Assembly: GCA_048128005.1 (NCBI GenBank)
Contig: JBEUKZ010000011.1
Location: forward strand, 1-64,000
Reading direction: 5' to 3'
Length of the DNA stretch: 64,000 nt
Source: Veleropilina oligotropha
Taxonomy: Eukaryota
Part shown: one piece after another, positions 61,693 through 64,000 of the stretch
Layout of the letters: each line of letters opens with the position of its first letter
Position numbering within the stretch: the first letter of the stretch is position 1
Notes under the pieces: generated by a model
Database searches by the model: none
Seen by the model: the letters and a program-made list of their open reading frames with translations, nothing else
Told to the model about the DNA's origin: nothing
Position numbers and translations under genes: made by a program

Positions 61693-63106
61693 CCATAGAT
61701 AGGATTAAAATATATCCACTATGGATGATGGTTACATAAAAGTTTCAGGCAGGCCATATTGACTTGCATGGATTTTTAGTGCAATCTTTCTTGATGAAAC
61801 AGTAACTGCCAAATATTGCATGTTTTGTTTTACAAGCATTTTAACAGTCGGTCACATCTCAGTAGGGACTGTTGATTTAACCTTTCCATCTGATGAAATG
61901 ATTTGAAGTTATAGCACCCAGTCAGTGAATGGCATGGTAAATCGTCCATCCACTGGTCTGGCTAGACGTTGGGTAACTTCGCTGATCATGTGACTACTAG
62001 TCACTAGAAATCATTGCACCACATGGCATAATGTACCCAATTTCAAAATGAAGAAATGGGATATAAAATCGTCTTGTAGAGATTTTCACTGTAGGACAGA
62101 TAGGATGCTACATTAACACATACGGAAAATAACATTTTATTGCCTTCATCGTTACTTTATAAACAGACCATAATGAAATTGATACCATAGTTATTCCCCA
62201 AGAAAAAATCTGACGAGTCCATAAAATGCAGCAAAATCAAACAGCAATGCTGCTGGTTTACTGCATCATTGCAAATTACGAAAAATTTAAATCAAACAAA
62301 TTGGCATCATCAGTGTAGAGATTTTCATTGTAGGACAGATCGGATGCTACATTATACCAAGTCAACAACACTGAACACGATCTCGTGAGATGTGATGTAG
62401 TGGTCGTGAGATTCAGTGATCGAATGGTTTTGATTCGGACTTGACACGCTTTTTTACGCTGCGTGTCAATTTTAAAAATATATACCTTATTTCAACTATT
62501 TTATACTTTTATATACGATTCATTTCATGAATACCAAGGCGTTTTGCTTGAATAATTTGATATGCGTACGACAAATGATTCCTGCCATGTAGCTGGATTG
62601 AATATCGACTCGAGAAAGTGGGTTATGGAGGCAATATGGCCGATTTCACGGATCTTCTTTGGTCATCAAAGTCGTCTGTCATGGATAGTGGCGCTAATCA
62701 TGTATATGGGCCTCGTCTGTCTTCGAGCATCAAGATTAACCAACACCAACGGGTTTTGAGTTGCGAAACCCCGCAGGGGATTATTCAAATGGAAACAAAT
62801 TTAGATGCTTTGAAATTTACTATATCCGATTAAGAATTCGAGTTGTTGATTCGATGGTCGAATGTAACGAAATATCAATTCAATATTGATAGACACGATA
62901 CCCACTGGCGTTTTCACTTACGTATTCTCACTTTGAGCGGTCTACTGGATCGTCAACAGTTTGGTTCAAACGATGCAAGTCGACCATGGGAGATGGGCGT
63001 GGATGTTTCGTGCCACTATATTATTCCAAAATTATTTTAATGTTTCATTATCATAACAGTAAGTATGTATTAAATATACTACATGCTGATGGTTGTTCAT
63101 ATATGA

Positions 63107-63290
63107 ACAAGAAGACAAAGCCATCAATATCCCCCGCAATGGGACATTCACAACAAGAAGACAAAGCCATCAATATCCCCCGCAATGGTACATTCACAAC
63201 AAGAAGACAAAGCCATCAATATCCCCCGCAATGGTACATTCACAACAAGAAGACAAAGCCATCAATATCCCTGCAATGGTACATTCACAA
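63107..63290. repeat. 46-bp tandem repeat x4
   Basis: ACAAGAAGACAAAGCCATCAATATCCCCCGCAATGGTACATTCACA. Confidence 0.9.
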
Positions 63291-64000
63291 TAATTACTAT
63301 ATGCTGTATGTTCTTGAAACAATATCGTTGATTTAAATAATAACAAGGGCAATAACTCTGTCATTTAATCATGACGCCACGTTACAATAATGAAAAGGCA
63401 CCAGTTAACCAACTACTAAATACACCCACCAAGTTTCGTAATAACAAGTCAAGCACTGTATGAGATATAGACGGGAATAACAAAATTAAAGCAAGGGCAA
63501 TAACTCTGTGAATATTTGACGTACAATGTCGAAATTAATGAAAGGCACAAGTTCAACAACTGCTTAATACACCCACCAAATTGCGTAAATTTATGCCAAC
63601 AACTGCTTAATACACCCACCAAATTGCGTAAAGTTATGCCAAACGGTTTATGAGATATGCTTCGGAAAGGAGAACAGTAACAAATTAACAACAAGGGCAA
63701 TAACTCTGTTTATGTTCACCACACAACGTCGAAACTAGCAAAAGGCACCGGTTCACCGACTACTGAATACATCCAGCATGTTTTGTAATAATAATAATAA
63801 TAATGTGGATACTTATATTGCGCTTTTTCCATGCACGAATGCTTGCTCAAAGCGCTACATTATTATGCCCTGGTTAACGGCCTGTTCTGTTCGAGATTCT
63901 ATCTCAACTCTCTATGCCATCTCAACTCCCTCTGGGAGCATTACAGTCATTTACACGCGGGTAGCGCCATGACTTACATACTGACAATTCCCTCACTGCC

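Noticed and set aside
59938..61696. His/Thr/Val-rich repetitive ORFs
   Set aside because: Translations of 20/24-bp minisatellites.
62560..63040. DIRS-like RNase H relic (..NDASRPW..)
   Set aside because: Only a DAS tripeptide and vague context; insufficient.

Overview
AT-rich, intron-containing animal genomic DNA; the repeat types suggest a mollusc-like invertebrate (inference). The main feature is a 12.3-kb Polinton/Maverick (adintovirus-like) endogenous element at 5369-17659. It has AGTAGT...ACTACT termini and an exact 6-bp target-site duplication (CCCTTC), and the whole element is one large palindrome. Two inverted arms each carry PC4-like, small membrane, chromodomain-integrase, penton, basic core-like, major capsid, adenain-like protease, packaging ATPase and two small genes, all pointing inward to a ~0.2-kb unique spacer. 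No protein-primed DNA polymerase gene is present. The arms carry different, complementary lesions, so this looks like a real integrated snap-back (defective or helper-dependent) viral genome rather than an assembly artefact. Host genes are a complete 4-exon MRPL17 (+, 22135-30654) and the 3' end of an NCAM/fasciclin-II-like gene (-, five exons at 47431-39959, plus a candidate alternative GPI exon at 59103-58988). The remainder comprises Crypton-like and IS3EU-like relics, Helitrons, a pogo-like element, SINEs, a LINE tail and many minisatellites.
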